Assembly: GCF_036321535.1 (NCBI RefSeq)
Contig: NC_087436.1
Location: 107,696,001 to 107,760,000 of the forward strand
Direction: 5' to 3'
Source of the DNA: Camelus dromedarius
Lineage: Eukaryota
Length of the DNA: 64,000 nt
Shown here: positions 12,361 through 25,094 of the stretch, piece by piece
Layout: the number at the start of each line of letters is the position of its first letter
How positions within the stretch are numbered: position 1 is the stretch's first letter
The notes under the pieces: generated by a model
Databases searched by the model: none
What the model saw: only the letters and a program-made list of their open reading frames with translations
What the model was told of the DNA's origin: nothing
Position numbers and translations under genes: made by a program

Positions 12361-13041
12361 ATTTTTATTTTAGGTAAACATTTTTGTTGATATGTAATTA
12401 ATTAATTATTTTTTATTGAGATAATAATTGACATGTAACATTGTGTCAGCTTAGGGTGTACATGGTGTTGATTTGATACATTTTATAGGTGTTGATTTGA
12501 TTCATTTTTGTATCACAGTGTGATTACCAATGTAACATTAACTAACACCTCTATCACTTCACATAATTAACATTTCTTTTTAGTGGCAAGAACTATAAAG
12601 ATCTAGTCTCTTAGTAACTTTGAACTTCATCATACAGTATTGTTGACTGTAATCAGTGTGCCACGCATTAGACCTCCAGGACTTATTTATCTACTAGTTG
12701 CAAGTTTGTACCTTTAGGCAACCTCTCCCCTTTTCCCCTGTCCTCAGCTCCTAGTAACCACTCTTCTACTCTATTTTTAGTGAATTCGAGTTTTGTAGAT
12801 TCCACATTTAAGTGATACCATACGGTGCTTTCTCTGGCTTATCTCACTGAGCATAATGCCCTCAAGGTCTACCGTGTCTTGAATGGCAGGATCTCCTTCT
12901 TTCTCATGGCTGAATTACGTATACATATAAAATTCATCTTCTTTATCCATTTATCTGTTGACACACTTAGGTTGTTTCTATATCTTGGTCATTATGCATA
13001 ATAAGCTGCAGTAAATGTAGGAGAGCAGGTTTCTCTTCATA
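12361..13041 (-). mobile_element. Second L1MA-type 3' fragment inserted at the end of the first
   Basis: T-rich tail then 'tagattccacatttaagtgatacc...ggttgtttctatatcttgg'; exact 13-bp TSD CATCCATGGGTCT at 12348-12360 and 13042-13054. Confidence 0.85.
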
Positions 13042-14329
13042 CATCCATGGGTCTTTTGCAATTTATTTTGATGTGGGCCATCTGCCTTATTAAATCCATT
13101 GATGGGAAAGACCATTTATTGTTCCACCTTGTGTTCTAAGTTCCTAGCAGTTTCTGACACGTAAGAGAAGCCTGATAAATATTTAGAAGAATTAATTTAA
13201 ATTTGAACAAAGAACAAATATTTGGAAACAGGAACAACATGCTTCCAACTGAAGTAAATACAGATTTTTAAAAAAAAATACAGAATAGGGATTTGAAGAG
13301 GAAACTGAAGCAAAAAAAAATTAGAAATTAATTTTACATTTTGCTAAGCTTTAGAATCATCCACCAAACCACAATGATGTAACTGCTTCTATATATTCAC
13401 TCTGGGCTACTGTCTCCTGCATGAAGGAAATTCCCTTGCCAAATTGAGAATTATTCTTTCTTCCCTGTGTTTTCCCCTGATTCCTGACTTTAAAAGGTTC
13501 ATACACAATTCCAGACAGAAGAAAGTAGTCCTTTCAGCCCCTCTCCTTTTACCATTATTTTAATGAATGCTGGAACCGGTTCAGGCTTAGAATTTAAGTG
13601 TTTCTAGACTCTCCTGTCAGCATTTTAAAAGATCTCTTTGGATATAAGTAATTCATATTAAAAATCCGAACATAATTTTCTACTCAGAAAAAGATGAACC
13701 CTGTAAAAATTCACTTCTCCCAAAAGATAAAATGTTAGCATTTAGGAATTAAATGTCCAGTGCTGTCTGAGATTGCCAAGACCTTATGCTTTTCTTTTCA
13801 AGTTGTAAAGACAGATCTGCTTCAGTCAGTTTTCATGTTTTCATCCCCTGTGACTAGGGGCTTGTATTTCTTAGAAACCTGGTCCAAAGATCTCACTGGT
13901 ATGCAAGGACCATGAAGGGAAGGGAACTGACCTTTGTTGAAAATTCACTTAAGAGGTGTTGGGGCAACAGCCCCCCTTGTGGGGTAGGTATCATGTTCCC
14001 ATTCTACAGATTATAGCAAACAGATGAAAACCAAACGAAAACCCAGGCCACTCAAAACAACAAAACACGCTGTGTAATGAAATCCACGACTTAGCCTTGT
14101 AGTAGCAATCCTCAGGAGTAACTTAGCTGAGTTGTTCTTCAAGTAGCAAAGCCATATTTCTCTCATTTTTATGAAGGAGAGAGTTTTTGAATATTGTACT
14201 ATTTTATGGGGAGAGTAATAGCAGGGAAACTCTTTGAGCAAAAGTTTCCACAGGCGTCCTCTCCACAGTCAGTCTCAGTGTGAGGCCTTAGGAAATTTTC
14301 TTTTGTTCCCTGGTTTATGTGTAGTTCTC

Positions 14330-14790
14330 ACAGGGGTTCTGGTTATGGGGTCCATGGACTCCCAAAGGATTTTTGGTTGGACTTAGATAGAGAAAAAATT
14401 GCATTTTAAATTTCATTAATCTCTAACTAAAATTTAACTGCTCTTTCATTATGAATTTAGGCAACATCCTTTGGTGATATTAGCAGTACTTGACCTTGTC
14501 ATCAGTGGAAAGCACAGATACTGTCCCGTTCGTGATATTACAGATGTTGCTGATGTCTTGAAATGGCGTGTCCCTTACTGCTTTGAAACTGTCACACCTA
14601 CCACTGTACATTGTTATTTAATGGAATAGTAAAGAAGCGTATGTATTTTGTATCAGAAATGTGTTGCTTTAACACCGGGTAACTGTATTTACAGTGAAAT
14701 TAGATTCCTTGACAATCGTATATATGTCATTTTATTCATTTAGAATATGCTAAGAAAGAGTCCATGGCATGAAAAAAGTAGGTCTCCTAA
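14330..14790. mobile_element. hAT-Charlie non-autonomous element (Charlie4a/MER113-like)
   Basis: 'caggggttct...ggggtccatggac' at the start, 'gagtccatggcatgaaaaaagtagg' at the end, internal 'ctctaactaaaattta...tatgaatttaggcaaca'. Confidence 0.7.
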
Positions 14791-16289
14791 ATCTTTGCTG
14801 TATGTTCCATCCTTGGTCTCTCCGTCCATCGTTTCTTTTCTCTTCCTTTCATTTCTTTTCTTTTCTCTCCATTTTGCTTCCTTCCTTTTTTCCTCTCTTC
14901 CTCTAGCTGATTATGCTAACCATGGAGATTCTGTCCAGGATTCTATTTGTTCTGATAAACAGTGGAGTGGAGTGAGTTCTCCTTGACTCTGATTTTCCTT
15001 ATCTAACTCTCTCAGCCTCCTTGGATACAGTGCACTGGGCTTTTAGTTACTGGAATAGGAAGCATTTAGGGGAGTGGGGAACCCCTCTGGATCTGTGTGC
15101 CACCTTTGTGACTGAACCCAGTTCTGCTTTCTCTCCTGAGATTTGGGGAAATGCCCCGTCTCAGGGTTTATGCCTTATTCATTCAGGTGTATTTCATCCT
15201 CACAGAAGCTGGGGGTGGGGGTTGAGTGGCAGGCAGGGATGGCCACATTTCATACTGTTGTCCCTTTTCAACAAAACCTGCTGCAGCTTTTGTCAGGGAG
15301 AGGACGAGAGCAAGAGTCCCGGGCATTAAGGCTGGGGCCTCCTTGCTCATGGTCTAGGGGGGGACAGTGAGAGAAGAAGTACTTCTGGTCTTCCGTGTGC
15401 CTCCTTCCCACGAGTCCAGGCTTTACAAAATTACATCTTGTTTCACTGTCCTCCATGTTGTCTGTGTTTCTGTTAAGTTCCTGAGTCCTACAGATAATAA
15501 ATACTTCTATGTCAATATGATTTCCCTGCCTTCTCTTTTCTTTTAGCCCAGAGAGTTCAAAGGTTACCCCATCCCGATGACTTCGGGGACTAATTTTTAA
15601 AGCTCACAAGCCAGATGTTCGAGGCATATAATTCTGTGTTTCCATGGAGTTTAATGCAAGCTAGGTTGTTAGGTATTCCAAAAACACAGTCTTACAATGA
15701 CTCCTAATGTAGGTCTGGACTGATATTTTTCTCATTTTTATTTTGGTTAGTGGCGTGGTCCTCATGCTTACCTTTATTTCTGTTCAAAAAGTAGGGGACT
15801 AGGCTATTTAGAATCTGTAATTTGCAGGGCTGTAACCAGCATGGGGTGGGAGTATGATCTGCCCTTGGGGAACAAATAATGGAGCAAAGGGAGTTCTGAA
15901 AGACAGAAGGCAGACAGATGGAGAGTCCTCCTCAGGCTGGGGTGAGTGGCAAAAACTGAGTAAAAGGGAAAATTTAGAGCTGGATGGAGCACCATGATCC
16001 TGACCAGAGGACAGGAGGCAAAGCTTGGACAAAGGCTTTGAAACATAAGGACCCACTAGTGACCCTTTTCTATGGGCATTTGAGCATTTCCAAGGCTGGG
16101 GGGCGAGGTGAGGAGAGCTCTCAAGGACCTTTGCAAATTTTCTCCCCGTCTAACTTTTATATTCTGATGGATCATCAATCACGTTCTTGCATGTCTCTGC
16201 TCTTTGATTGGTTTACGACGTGTTCTAGTGGTGGCTGTGGGAGGGAGGCGCTTGCTTGCACGTTTGGGGTCAGGGCAGATGCCGTGCTG

Positions 16290-16760
16290 CTGTAATGGAA
16301 GGAGAAAGAAGGTGAGTGGTAGGGGGGATAAGGACAGAGGAGAAGGGAGGCAGATTGTATTGGCTATTATGGATCTTATGATATAGACTCAGTTTGCTCA
16401 GAGGGTGTTGGGGAGCAACCTGGGAGTTTTAAGTAGAGGAATAATAAAAAGCAGTTGCTATTTTTGGAGGGTTTCTCTAGCTGCTGTGTTGAGAAGAGAT
16501 TGTAGGAGTGTAAAAAAAAGAAGCAGAGATCACTTTGGAGTTTCTGCCATTGTCCCCAGGCAGGAGATGATGATGGCTTGGACTACGCTGGGTTAGAGAA
16601 GGTGGGGAGAAGTCTTATCCATTGGACCTGCTGGTGGGTTAGATCTAGGGTGTGACGGAAAAAGAGTGTTATGGGTGACACGAGGCATTTGGAATTGAGG
16701 AACAAATGGAATAAGATCGCTATTGACTTCAATAGGCAAGCTCCAGAAGAAAGAATTTGG
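16290..16760 (-). mobile_element. LINE-2 fragment
   Basis: 'gggagttttaagtagagga...ctagctgctgtgttgagaagagattgtagg...gagatgatgatggcttggact'. Confidence 0.75.
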
Positions 16761-17199
16761 GAAAAGGCTAAATCTGAAGGTCCCTAAGCAGTGACGTGGT
16801 TCCCGGGCTCCTCATCCAGACGTGGTGGCTTCTCCAGAGCTGCTGCGTGGGGAGAACTGAGAGGCAGTGTCACCTGTGCTAGGGCTGGGGTGGGGCTTGG
16901 AACTACCTTTGTATTACCACTTTATGTGAAGTTAAGAGAATTAAATTGTCCAGATCGCACAGTAAGATACTGTTGGAGAGTTTAGCTAACTGATACCATC
17001 AAGGCCCAGAGGGAAATCTGAACCCCCAGTTTCGGGTCCTCTGAAATTCCTGGAAGTAACACCTTCACTGACTTTCTCCGGCTTTCCTAGTGACTGTAGT
17101 CGCTCTCACACCGGAAGCAGAGGTATGAAAAATGTTACTGTCAGGTAGTCCAGTGACCCTTTTTGAGGCTTTTCATGAATTAAAATCACCAGCATATTA

Positions 17200-17690
17200 C
17201 CCTTTCTCAGAGAGGATTTTGCCTGCCTGCAGAAGCCATGCAAGGTGATTTAATTGAACTAATGTATGGCATGCGTTTATAAAAGTATTAAGTACAACCA
17301 GAAGGCAAGGGAACCTAAGGAATTGCCACTGTGGGAAGCTGCTACCAACCCGAGGGTTGGAGGGATGGAAGGAGGAGCTGGGCCTCCAGCAGAAGCGGGA
17401 AGCATGCAGGTCTGCCTGAGGGAACTGGGGCCTCAGAGGCAGCACCAGAGAGAGAGAGGCAGCCTCTCGGGAGACGGTGCCCGAAGCAGAGAGAGAGAGG
17501 GCAGAAATGCACCCGCTTCTCTTTCTCTCCTTCCTGCCCTTCAGTCTCCTTCTGTGCTTCCCACCTGAAGGCAGGTGTCAAGGTGACCTAGAAATGATTG
17601 GCAGGGGGTTGCCACCCATGGCATTCAAAGTAGACTAGGGAGAGGGTGGGGCATAGATCTCAGGGAAAACAGGCAAATGATCAGCAAATC
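17200..17690. mobile_element. Ancient ERVL-class LTR (LTR33/LTR41/LTR16 group)
   Basis: 'gggaagctgctaccaacccgagggttggaggg' and 'gatctcagggaaaacaggcaaatgatcagca' resemble this group; subfamily uncertain. Confidence 0.55.
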
Positions 17691-18343
17691 TCCTCCCAGA
17701 GGATGAAGGGAGGATGAAGTTGGTGAATTACAGTCTCAGGAATCAAAGGGAGGGAAGGGATTAATGCGGGGTTTCAGGTACCCTCAGCACAGAGTCAGGC
17801 CTTAGGCGATAGCAGCTGCTTTTAGAGAACTTTGTTAGATTTCGAAGCTTTGTAAAAGCCTCTTGTTGACATTCATTTTTTTTTTGTGGTGGTAGATTCT
17901 TTAAACAAAGAGACAGCAGAGAAGGGAGACCTGTGAAGACTGCTTTCATTTCTGCACTCTTGAGGGAGGAAAATCCCATATGATGAAACTGGCAAAGGAA
18001 GATTTGAAGAGGACAGAGAATAGGCAATCATGTGGAATTATTAATTAAGACAAAGTAAATTAGAGGTGAAGCAGTAACTCTTTGACAGCACTCATTCTCA
18101 AGTTCAGCTTTCCGTTCTGATGTCCTAGACCATGGTTGGAAGTTCTCACTAAAATTAGTTTTTTCCATCACAATTTGTTATTAGAGTTATGATAAGCAAG
18201 CTTCTTTGTCTATGTCTCTTCTATGTTAAAGTCATTACTTTTGTATCTAAAATGACACCTACCCTTGGCGATGTGGGTAACATTATCTCCTCTGCAGGAG
18301 TCATGACCTAGGAAGGTTTGTAGGCTAAATCAATATGGAGTCC

Positions 18344-18449
18344 GGCACTTAGATTGAAAAGTTAGATTTTGCAAAATCATTTGTTTTGTGAACAAGTGGC
18401 ACTTAGATTGAAAAGTTAGATTTTGCAAAATCATTTGTTTTGTGAACAA
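18344..18449. repeat. Perfect 52-bp tandem duplication (period 54)
   Basis: ggcacttagattgaaaagttagattttgcaaaatcatttgttttgtgaacaa at 18344-18395 and 18398-18449, separated by 'gt'. Confidence 0.97.
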
Positions 18450-20539
18450 CTGCTTTTTTTTTTTAAAGAGCAGGACTTTAAGGAGTCACTAAAATCAAAA
18501 CTTTAATAATTTAAAATTCAACTCCATGATTTGTAATTTTTGTAGACAAGCCAGATTTGATATTGCCGTCTGTAAGTCTGAAGTTTATAATGCATGTAAT
18601 TTGATTTTCTTTCTCTAGAGATATTTTATCTCTCTGATATGAGTCTTTATCAGCTAAAGCAAAGTAAAAATTTCCATAAAAGTTACTGTAAAGATTCCCT
18701 TTACTTGTAAAGAGACTCTTAGTGACTCTTGCTAATTTCAAAAGACGTGGGATGACTGCTGGACTTCAAGCATAAATTCTAGAAATGTTTCTAATTCTTG
18801 AGTTTACTCCTTATACTAATTTGCTTTTATTTTGTATCCTCTGACCTGTCATCAATATTTCCCATGTTAACTTTTTTGAAGATTAATCAAATGGAAAGTC
18901 ATTTTCACATAATGAAATTTGTATTTTAAACATCTCTATGTCTCCTAACGTCAACGGACCGATTGTTTCAGTAATTGAAACTCTACAAATTGCTCAGATT
19001 CATAATCACCCCATGTAGTGAGTGCTTTGCACTGTCCACATTTCGCTTTTGTACTGTTAGCTCTACAGCCCTCTGGAACGGTTCCTCTTTTAGAGGTGAG
19101 GACATTGTGGTCCAGAGGGGAATGTGTGACAGCTGTCTCTGTGAGAGTGTGGCCCTGCCACAGCTCAGCTGACATGGAGGCGCTGTCTCTTTGATGATGT
19201 TCTTATGTATAGAGCCTGGCAGAGTGAGTGGCGTAGTAGAGGTTTAGGAAATGTTTGCTGTATTCCATTTACTGCCCTGTACTTGGCACATGGTCTGATT
19301 CTAGGAAGAAAATAGGGGACTTGCTTCACCTCCCATAGATTCTTTGATATCTTTCAGATATGGATGATATAGTAGCTTTCAAAGCAGCAAATGAACCTGT
19401 TGACACTATGCCTGTCCTGTTGATCCTGAAGGTTGTCATTTATGAAGATGAGCTTCAGAAACTTATGAAATCGGCAAAGGCATAAGTAATGTAGACATAA
19501 AATTAGAAGCCTACACGGCACTGAATAGTGATTTAATCTGAAAAGCCCATAACATCCTGTTTCCTTAGAACTAACTCTGCACTAGAAAGACTGCTGATGT
19601 TTAGAAATCTCCCTCCAGTTAAGGTGAAGTCTGATCCTCCACAGAAGAAGGTGATGTCCTCTCTGTTAGGATTTTTGTAAAAGAAGTTCTTTCTTTTAAC
19701 TTTCCTTCCCTCCTTCCATCCCCTCAATTCAACCCTGTCATACATAGTAGAATTGTACTTTCTAGTTGGTACAGCCTGTAAACATGTATTGACATCTAAT
19801 TGCAGGTCAGGTACCACGCATGAGAATATCGAAGAACAGGGCACGTTCCCTGACCTTGGAAATGCAGATTATTCCTCAATGGAATTCAGTTGCTCTACCA
19901 TTATTGCAATAATTGCTTTCCTATCCATTGTCTCATGAATTTTTCACCAGCGTCTTTGAGGAGAGTACTAGGATTTTAATGAGGCTGAATATGCTTATTA
20001 TCTCTCAGAGATGAAGTGGGACCTGAACGAGTGTGTGCCGACTCTTTTTTCCAAGGTGGTGTTGTCACTTTTGCTCTGTGGGATCTACACAAAGACATCC
20101 TGTCTAGGAAAGTTCACTCCCCTTGCTTCATGGCATCCAACCTGATGTACTGAGTAGGGTGCCTGTGGGGAGTGGGGGGCCTCGGTCTACTGCAGAGGTT
20201 GGAAAGATATTGCGTTTCCTAGGCTCCTCGGCAGTGGTAGTTCTGAATATAATTGATTTTCACTAATATCATGCACTCACCTGAGATTGAGAAGGTAGAG
20301 TAGGGCAGAGGCCCTCTCTCCAAGGCTGCTGTTTTCTGTCCTCAGGTATGGCTGTAGTCCTGGTCTTCATGTGGCAAGTCTCTGATATGGAGCTGCTAGG
20401 ACTGGAGGGGTGATGAGAGGAGGATGTGTGAGGAAGAGGATGAAAAGGTCTTAGGATCAGGATGTTGGCAGCCCATCTCTGGATTGTTGCCTTGGTGTGT
20501 TGCTAGAAAAAGAGTTCCAGCAGTGGTCCCTGATTTCCA

Positions 20540-20690
20540 CCTCTCATTTAACCTCACAGTAAACTGAACGGTAGATACCATTATTATTGTTTCCATTTTA
20601 TAGATAGGGAAGCCAGCACAGAGAGGTTAAGTAAACTGCCCAATTTACACAGCTAATCAATGGCAGATGCAGATTTTAATGGCCTGGTTT
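20540..20690 (-). mobile_element. MIR SINE
   Basis: 'ctcatttaacctcac...ccattttatagatagggaa...cagagaggttaagtaaactgccca'. Confidence 0.85.
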
Positions 20691-21189
20691 AATTGCCTGG
20701 TTTTTTGTCTCCCCTTTTAATCTTGCTATGCTGACTTTTTAAATACATGAGAACTAAACACAAACTAATATCTCAATAAGTTACACGTCCACAGAGGCCT
20801 TCTAAGAACGGAGGAATAAAGGGAGGCCCTTCTCAATAAATGGTAAGCAGCAAAGCAAAACCTTCCATTTACAGACAAGGAATTGAAGGCCCTCATGGTG
20901 CAGAACTACATCAGATCTCTAACGGATAAAACATCGGGGCTGAACTGCCAGCGTGTGTTCTGATTCTGTATGTGTTGTTCTTTCCAGTCTAAAACTGATA
21001 GAAGAATGTGATGAAAACTCAGCAGACCCTTTAATAAAAACAAAATCCAAACACACATATGCATGTTATATTTTTTTATAAAGTATACTTTATTGTTGTA
21101 ATTGGCTTCTTAGAATTAACTTAAACCTTCCCTTTGGCAATTTGGATTCCTTTTGGTAAGTTCCTTTCTGCCCCCTGTGTGCAACATTG

Positions 21190-21580
21190 GTGACGGTGGG
21201 AGATTGCTCTGGTGGTCCCAGCATTTTACCCCTCCCTGTATCCCTGCCCTTTGCCCTGTGACTTAGCAGTTAGTCTCGCAGAAGCCATGGGATTTCCCTG
21301 TCCCTCACTTGTGAGTGCCCTCCAGGATGAGGTGGGGGTGAAAGTGTGCCAGTTCTGGGCCTTGGCTGAAAGAAACCTTGAGGGTTTCTGCCCTTCCTCT
21401 CGTGTCTCTGACTTTACCACCAGCCCATGGTTAGTCTAGCCTGATGAAAGAAGAGAGACGTGTGGAGTAGAGACATGTAAAGCTGAAGCCATCTTATTTC
21501 ATCCAACGACAGCTGATGCTAGACACGTGAGCAACTTCAGCTAAGCTGAAAAGAGCTCCCTAGCAGACCCTCAGCTGGGC
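21190..21580 (+). mobile_element. MaLR LTR (MLT1H-like)
   Basis: 'ccctccctgtatccctgcccttgccctgtgactt...tgtgccagttctgggcct...gagagacgtgtggagtagag'. Confidence 0.65.
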
Positions 21581-22280
21581 CATTTTTACTTGGAGTTTCT
21601 CATGTGGTTGCAGCTAGTATCAGACATCAGTGTGCTTATCAGGGCTGGACTTCCAAGATGGCTCACTCCCATGACTGGTCATTGTTGCTGGTGGTCGCTG
21701 AGAGCTCAGTGAGGCTGAACTCTAGAATATCTACCTTTGGCCTTTACAGTTAGTCTGAGGGAAACTGGACATCTTACACAGTATCCGGCTTTCCCCAGAG
21801 TGAATGTCCCTGGAGAACCAGGCTTAGTTTACCTCTAGGAAAAGGTCAACACATTTTGTCATGTTTTATAAAACACACTATTCTGCCCATTGGCCACAGA
21901 TTTTTTTTTAAATCCCTCTACTTGCAAAATATGCTCTCTCCTTCCCAACCGCTCTCAAAGTCTTACCTATTAGACCATAAGGCTTAGGCTCCAGGTCAAG
22001 GATCTCATAGTCTGAATCAGGTCCAGATGTGGAGGAGGACCAGTAAATTTATTTCCTTGGTCACAATTCCTCTTAGTCTGAAGACCTTGGAATAAGGGCA
22101 AGTGATTCTGCCCCTGACACAGCCAATATGTAATGATGACACTGGGACAGGATATTTTCAGTAAACCCTCTAATTCCAAAACAGGGATATGGAAGATACT
22201 TAGCAGTCATTTCTCCATACTGACTTGGAAATCCAGATGGACACGTGCCCCCAGTTTTATTAGGGCCTGATTCTGCCCCT
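21581..22280 (-). mobile_element. MaLR LTR plus adjoining internal (MLT1-int-like) sequence
   Basis: 'ttccaagatggctcactcccatgactgg' (LTR), then 'ctattctgcccattggccaca...caggtccagatgtgga...aatatgtaatgatgacactgggacaggata' (internal 3' end). Confidence 0.6.
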
Positions 22281-22469
22281 GAAACAAAACTGATATTAGT
22301 GTAATGAAAGCGATTGATTGGGGATTTATTTCACAGTGAAAAAAAGAAACAATCTTTTTTAAGAACTATAATTTTTCACTCTCCTTTTTTTTTCTTAAAA
22401 AGCATACCTACTTTCTGAAAAAAAAGTTGAAAGAGATCTAAATTGTACTAATTTCAGTTTTGTTTGGTT

Positions 22470-23640
22470 TTGATGAGATGCTAAGATTACAAAGAGGTTT
22501 CTGAAATCGCAGTATGCAGAGATCTTTGATATCTATTTGCTCTGAGAGATAAGTGCTAAAAACCTCAATTTACAAAGTCACACGAGGCAAACTCAGTATT
22601 CATTTTCACATGTTCTTTGTGATATGAGGGTAGTTGGTCTCACGAAATGCTAGATATTTCTGAGAACCTTTCTTTTGAGGTTGAATTCATGATTTCATTT
22701 CCCTTGTCCTCAAAACAATGAGGGTATCTTTCCAGAAGTTTCATCATTGATGCTATGTATGTTTGCAGGGAAAGAATGATGAATCCTTTTTCCTTCTCTG
22801 CAGAAGTAATTTTCATCAGACTTTTATAGCATTTCTGAGTGTCTTCAGACTTCGGACAAATTGACTAGATGTTATCATTTTCATCTTCAGCCTGCTGAAA
22901 CACGTCCTCCAGTGTTGCAGAGTTTTCACAAATTTCGGATTCTGATCTCTCCTTCCAATGAGGCAAGTTGGCCAGTGGTAGCTACAGTTGTCCAGAAGCA
23001 GCATCTATAAAGGTGACTGCAGAGCTTCCAATGAAATGATTTACCTCATTCTTAAGAGCCCAGATAGCTGGCAGCTGAGCCAAGACAGAAATGAACCCCA
23101 CCCTTTCTGACCATTCTGGGGATGTGACTGACTTTTCTCATAAAAACATGCAACTTCTGCCCCAATGACAATCGAGCCCTTCAGGACTCATGAACTTGTA
23201 AGCCAGGGAATATCTGTGTAGAAGATGCCCTTGTATTCAGCCTTCTGCTGACCAAAAGCCCAGCTCAGACAAAAGAGCCCATTTTCAGGGCTGCAGACAG
23301 CACTCCCAGGACTGTTGTCAGTGATTTCAAGACAAAGCAAAGAAACCTCGTAACACGTACAACTTCCTTCTGCATTAGAGCAGAAGGATATTAATGTCAT
23401 GTGTGACGGTTGACATACCTGCAGAGAGCACCAAGAATTTGTGCACCAAGGTTGTGCCTGACAAATTCTTCCTTTTGAGGTTGTCAGTTGTACCCACAGT
23501 TTCCAAAAGGGCTTAAAAAAGGCATTGTTCATAGATGTGTTAGCTAGGAAATAAGTTTAGATACTGGCACCATTGAGACAGAGTGATAGTTCTATCTGGT
23601 CAATACTGAAGGAGAATAAGGTGCATTACTGACTAAAACA
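22470..23640 (-). pseudogene. Fossil hAT (Charlie-type) transposase coding fragment
   Basis: Manual translation across stops and frameshifts gives collinear motifs: CLNGAS (~CTDGAP), WCSLQ (~HCxLH), AEYKGIFYTDIPWLTSS*VLK (~LLFHTEVRWLSRGKVL), VLAQLPAIWALKNEVN (~LAYLADIFxxLNELN), HWKER (~LWxxR), FASCDFVN*GF (~FxSTYLCExGF). Confidence 0.7.
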
Positions 23641-23735
23641 TATTAGATAGGACACTCAAAATTTTGGAGAAGATAATATTATCAATAGGTACAGTACTTC
23701 CATTTGTTAAATTTGGCCACTTCTAGGTTGCATGG

Positions 23736-24112
23736 TATTATGGGCTGACTTGTGTGCTCTTAACATTTGTGTTTTGAAGTCCTAACCCCTTGTATCTCAG
23801 AATGTGACTGTATTTGGAGATAGGGTCTTTAAAGAGATAATTAAGTTAAAATGAGGTCATGAGGGTGGGTCCTAATCCAATATGACCGGTGTCCTGATAA
23901 GAAGAGGCAATTAGGACACAGGCGTGTACAAAGAGCAGGTCATGTGAAGACACAGGAAGAATATGACCATCTATAAGCCAAGGAGAGAGGCTTCAGAATG
24001 GAAACCAACCCTGACGGATGTCTTGATCTTGGACTTCTAGGCTCCATGACTGTGAGAAAATAAATGTCTGTTGTTTAAGCCACTGACTCTGAAGCCCCTG
24101 CAAAGGAATACA
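23736..24112 (+). mobile_element. MaLR solo LTR (MLT1B-like)
   Basis: 'gaagtcctaacccc...cagaatgtgactgtatttggagatagggtctttaaagag...aataaatgtctgttgtttaagcca...aataca'. Confidence 0.9.
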
Positions 24113-24689
24113 TGACTTTTCTAAGATCTTTACCAATCATGAGAGGCTTTGTTTTTGCTTGGTAATGGGAAAAGTATTCTTGAAGGACACTTCAGATTGT
24201 TTCAGTTAAGGCAAATCCAAGTTTTGGTAAAGATACAGTCTTTGCAAAGCAAGCCTCCTTCTCATGAAAAGACCTACAGTTTATGCCGTCTTGATGTGAT
24301 GAGCATGGAATATGTTTCTCCAGTTACACTGGCTTCTAGACCTGCCCCAGTGCACAAATGAACACTGTGGCTTTTGTGTCCTGTCCCTGGAAGAAAGCAG
24401 AGCCAAAAGATACCTAAGCTTTATTCTTTTGGCTCTTTCCGTTGAAAGTAACCCTGACAAGAACTCAGAAAAATTTCTCTAATGGCAAGGTGTGTTTTCA
24501 CTATTTCTGATGGGCAATAAATGATGCACTAGTCACTTGGTCACCCCTGTGGGCAGGAAGGCTGGGAAAAGTCTTGCACCGCACAGCCTCTTTCCAGTCA
24601 CAACTAAAGTGTACTCTAGCATGGCGGTAATCTGTACTACAGTGTGGGAAGGGCTGAGCAGATTTTTGTGGCGAGCTGGCTGTCTCTGC

Positions 24690-24915
24690 CAAAATAGCTA
24701 ACATGTACTTAGTGCTCACTGTGGGCTAAGCACTGCTCTGAGCCCTTTCATATCCTGTGCCATTTAATTCTCACAACAACTCATTATGACCCATTAGCAT
24801 TCCTAAAATATAGATGGCAAATTGAGATAGAGCAATTAAATCAATCGGTTACACTTACACAGCTAGAAAATGGGAAAGCAGGACTTCAACCCAGCCCAAG
24901 TAGTCATTAGACCAC
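24690..24915 (-). mobile_element. MIR SINE
   Basis: 'atagctaacatgtacttagtgctcactgtgggctaagcactg...catttaattctcacaacaac'. Confidence 0.8.
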
Positions 24916-25094
24916 TTTTTTATGTCTATGAAGGTAGTAGTAAGATCATGAAGTAGGGAACGAGGACTTCATGACTGTTGAGAAAAGATGATGAAGGGTG
25001 TTTGCTCAGGAAAACAACTCAGCTGACATCATTTCTGCCTTCTTTCTAGCCAACCAAAGTATTCCTAATTTTCCACGGCTTGAGTAAATCCCAG

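Noticed and set aside
18344..18449. CRISPR-like repeat
   Set aside because: Only two copies with a 2-bp spacer, no cas genes, mammalian context.
18511..18741. 76-aa ORF faintly like a hAT C-terminal region
   Set aside because: Similarity too weak to distinguish from noise by eye.
22816..23004. MLLLDNCSYH resembling the pogo/Tigger LLLDNxxxH motif
   Set aside because: No flanking pogo motifs (e.g. LPPNTT..QP.DQG); a different frame of the same DNA fits the hAT transposase collinearly.
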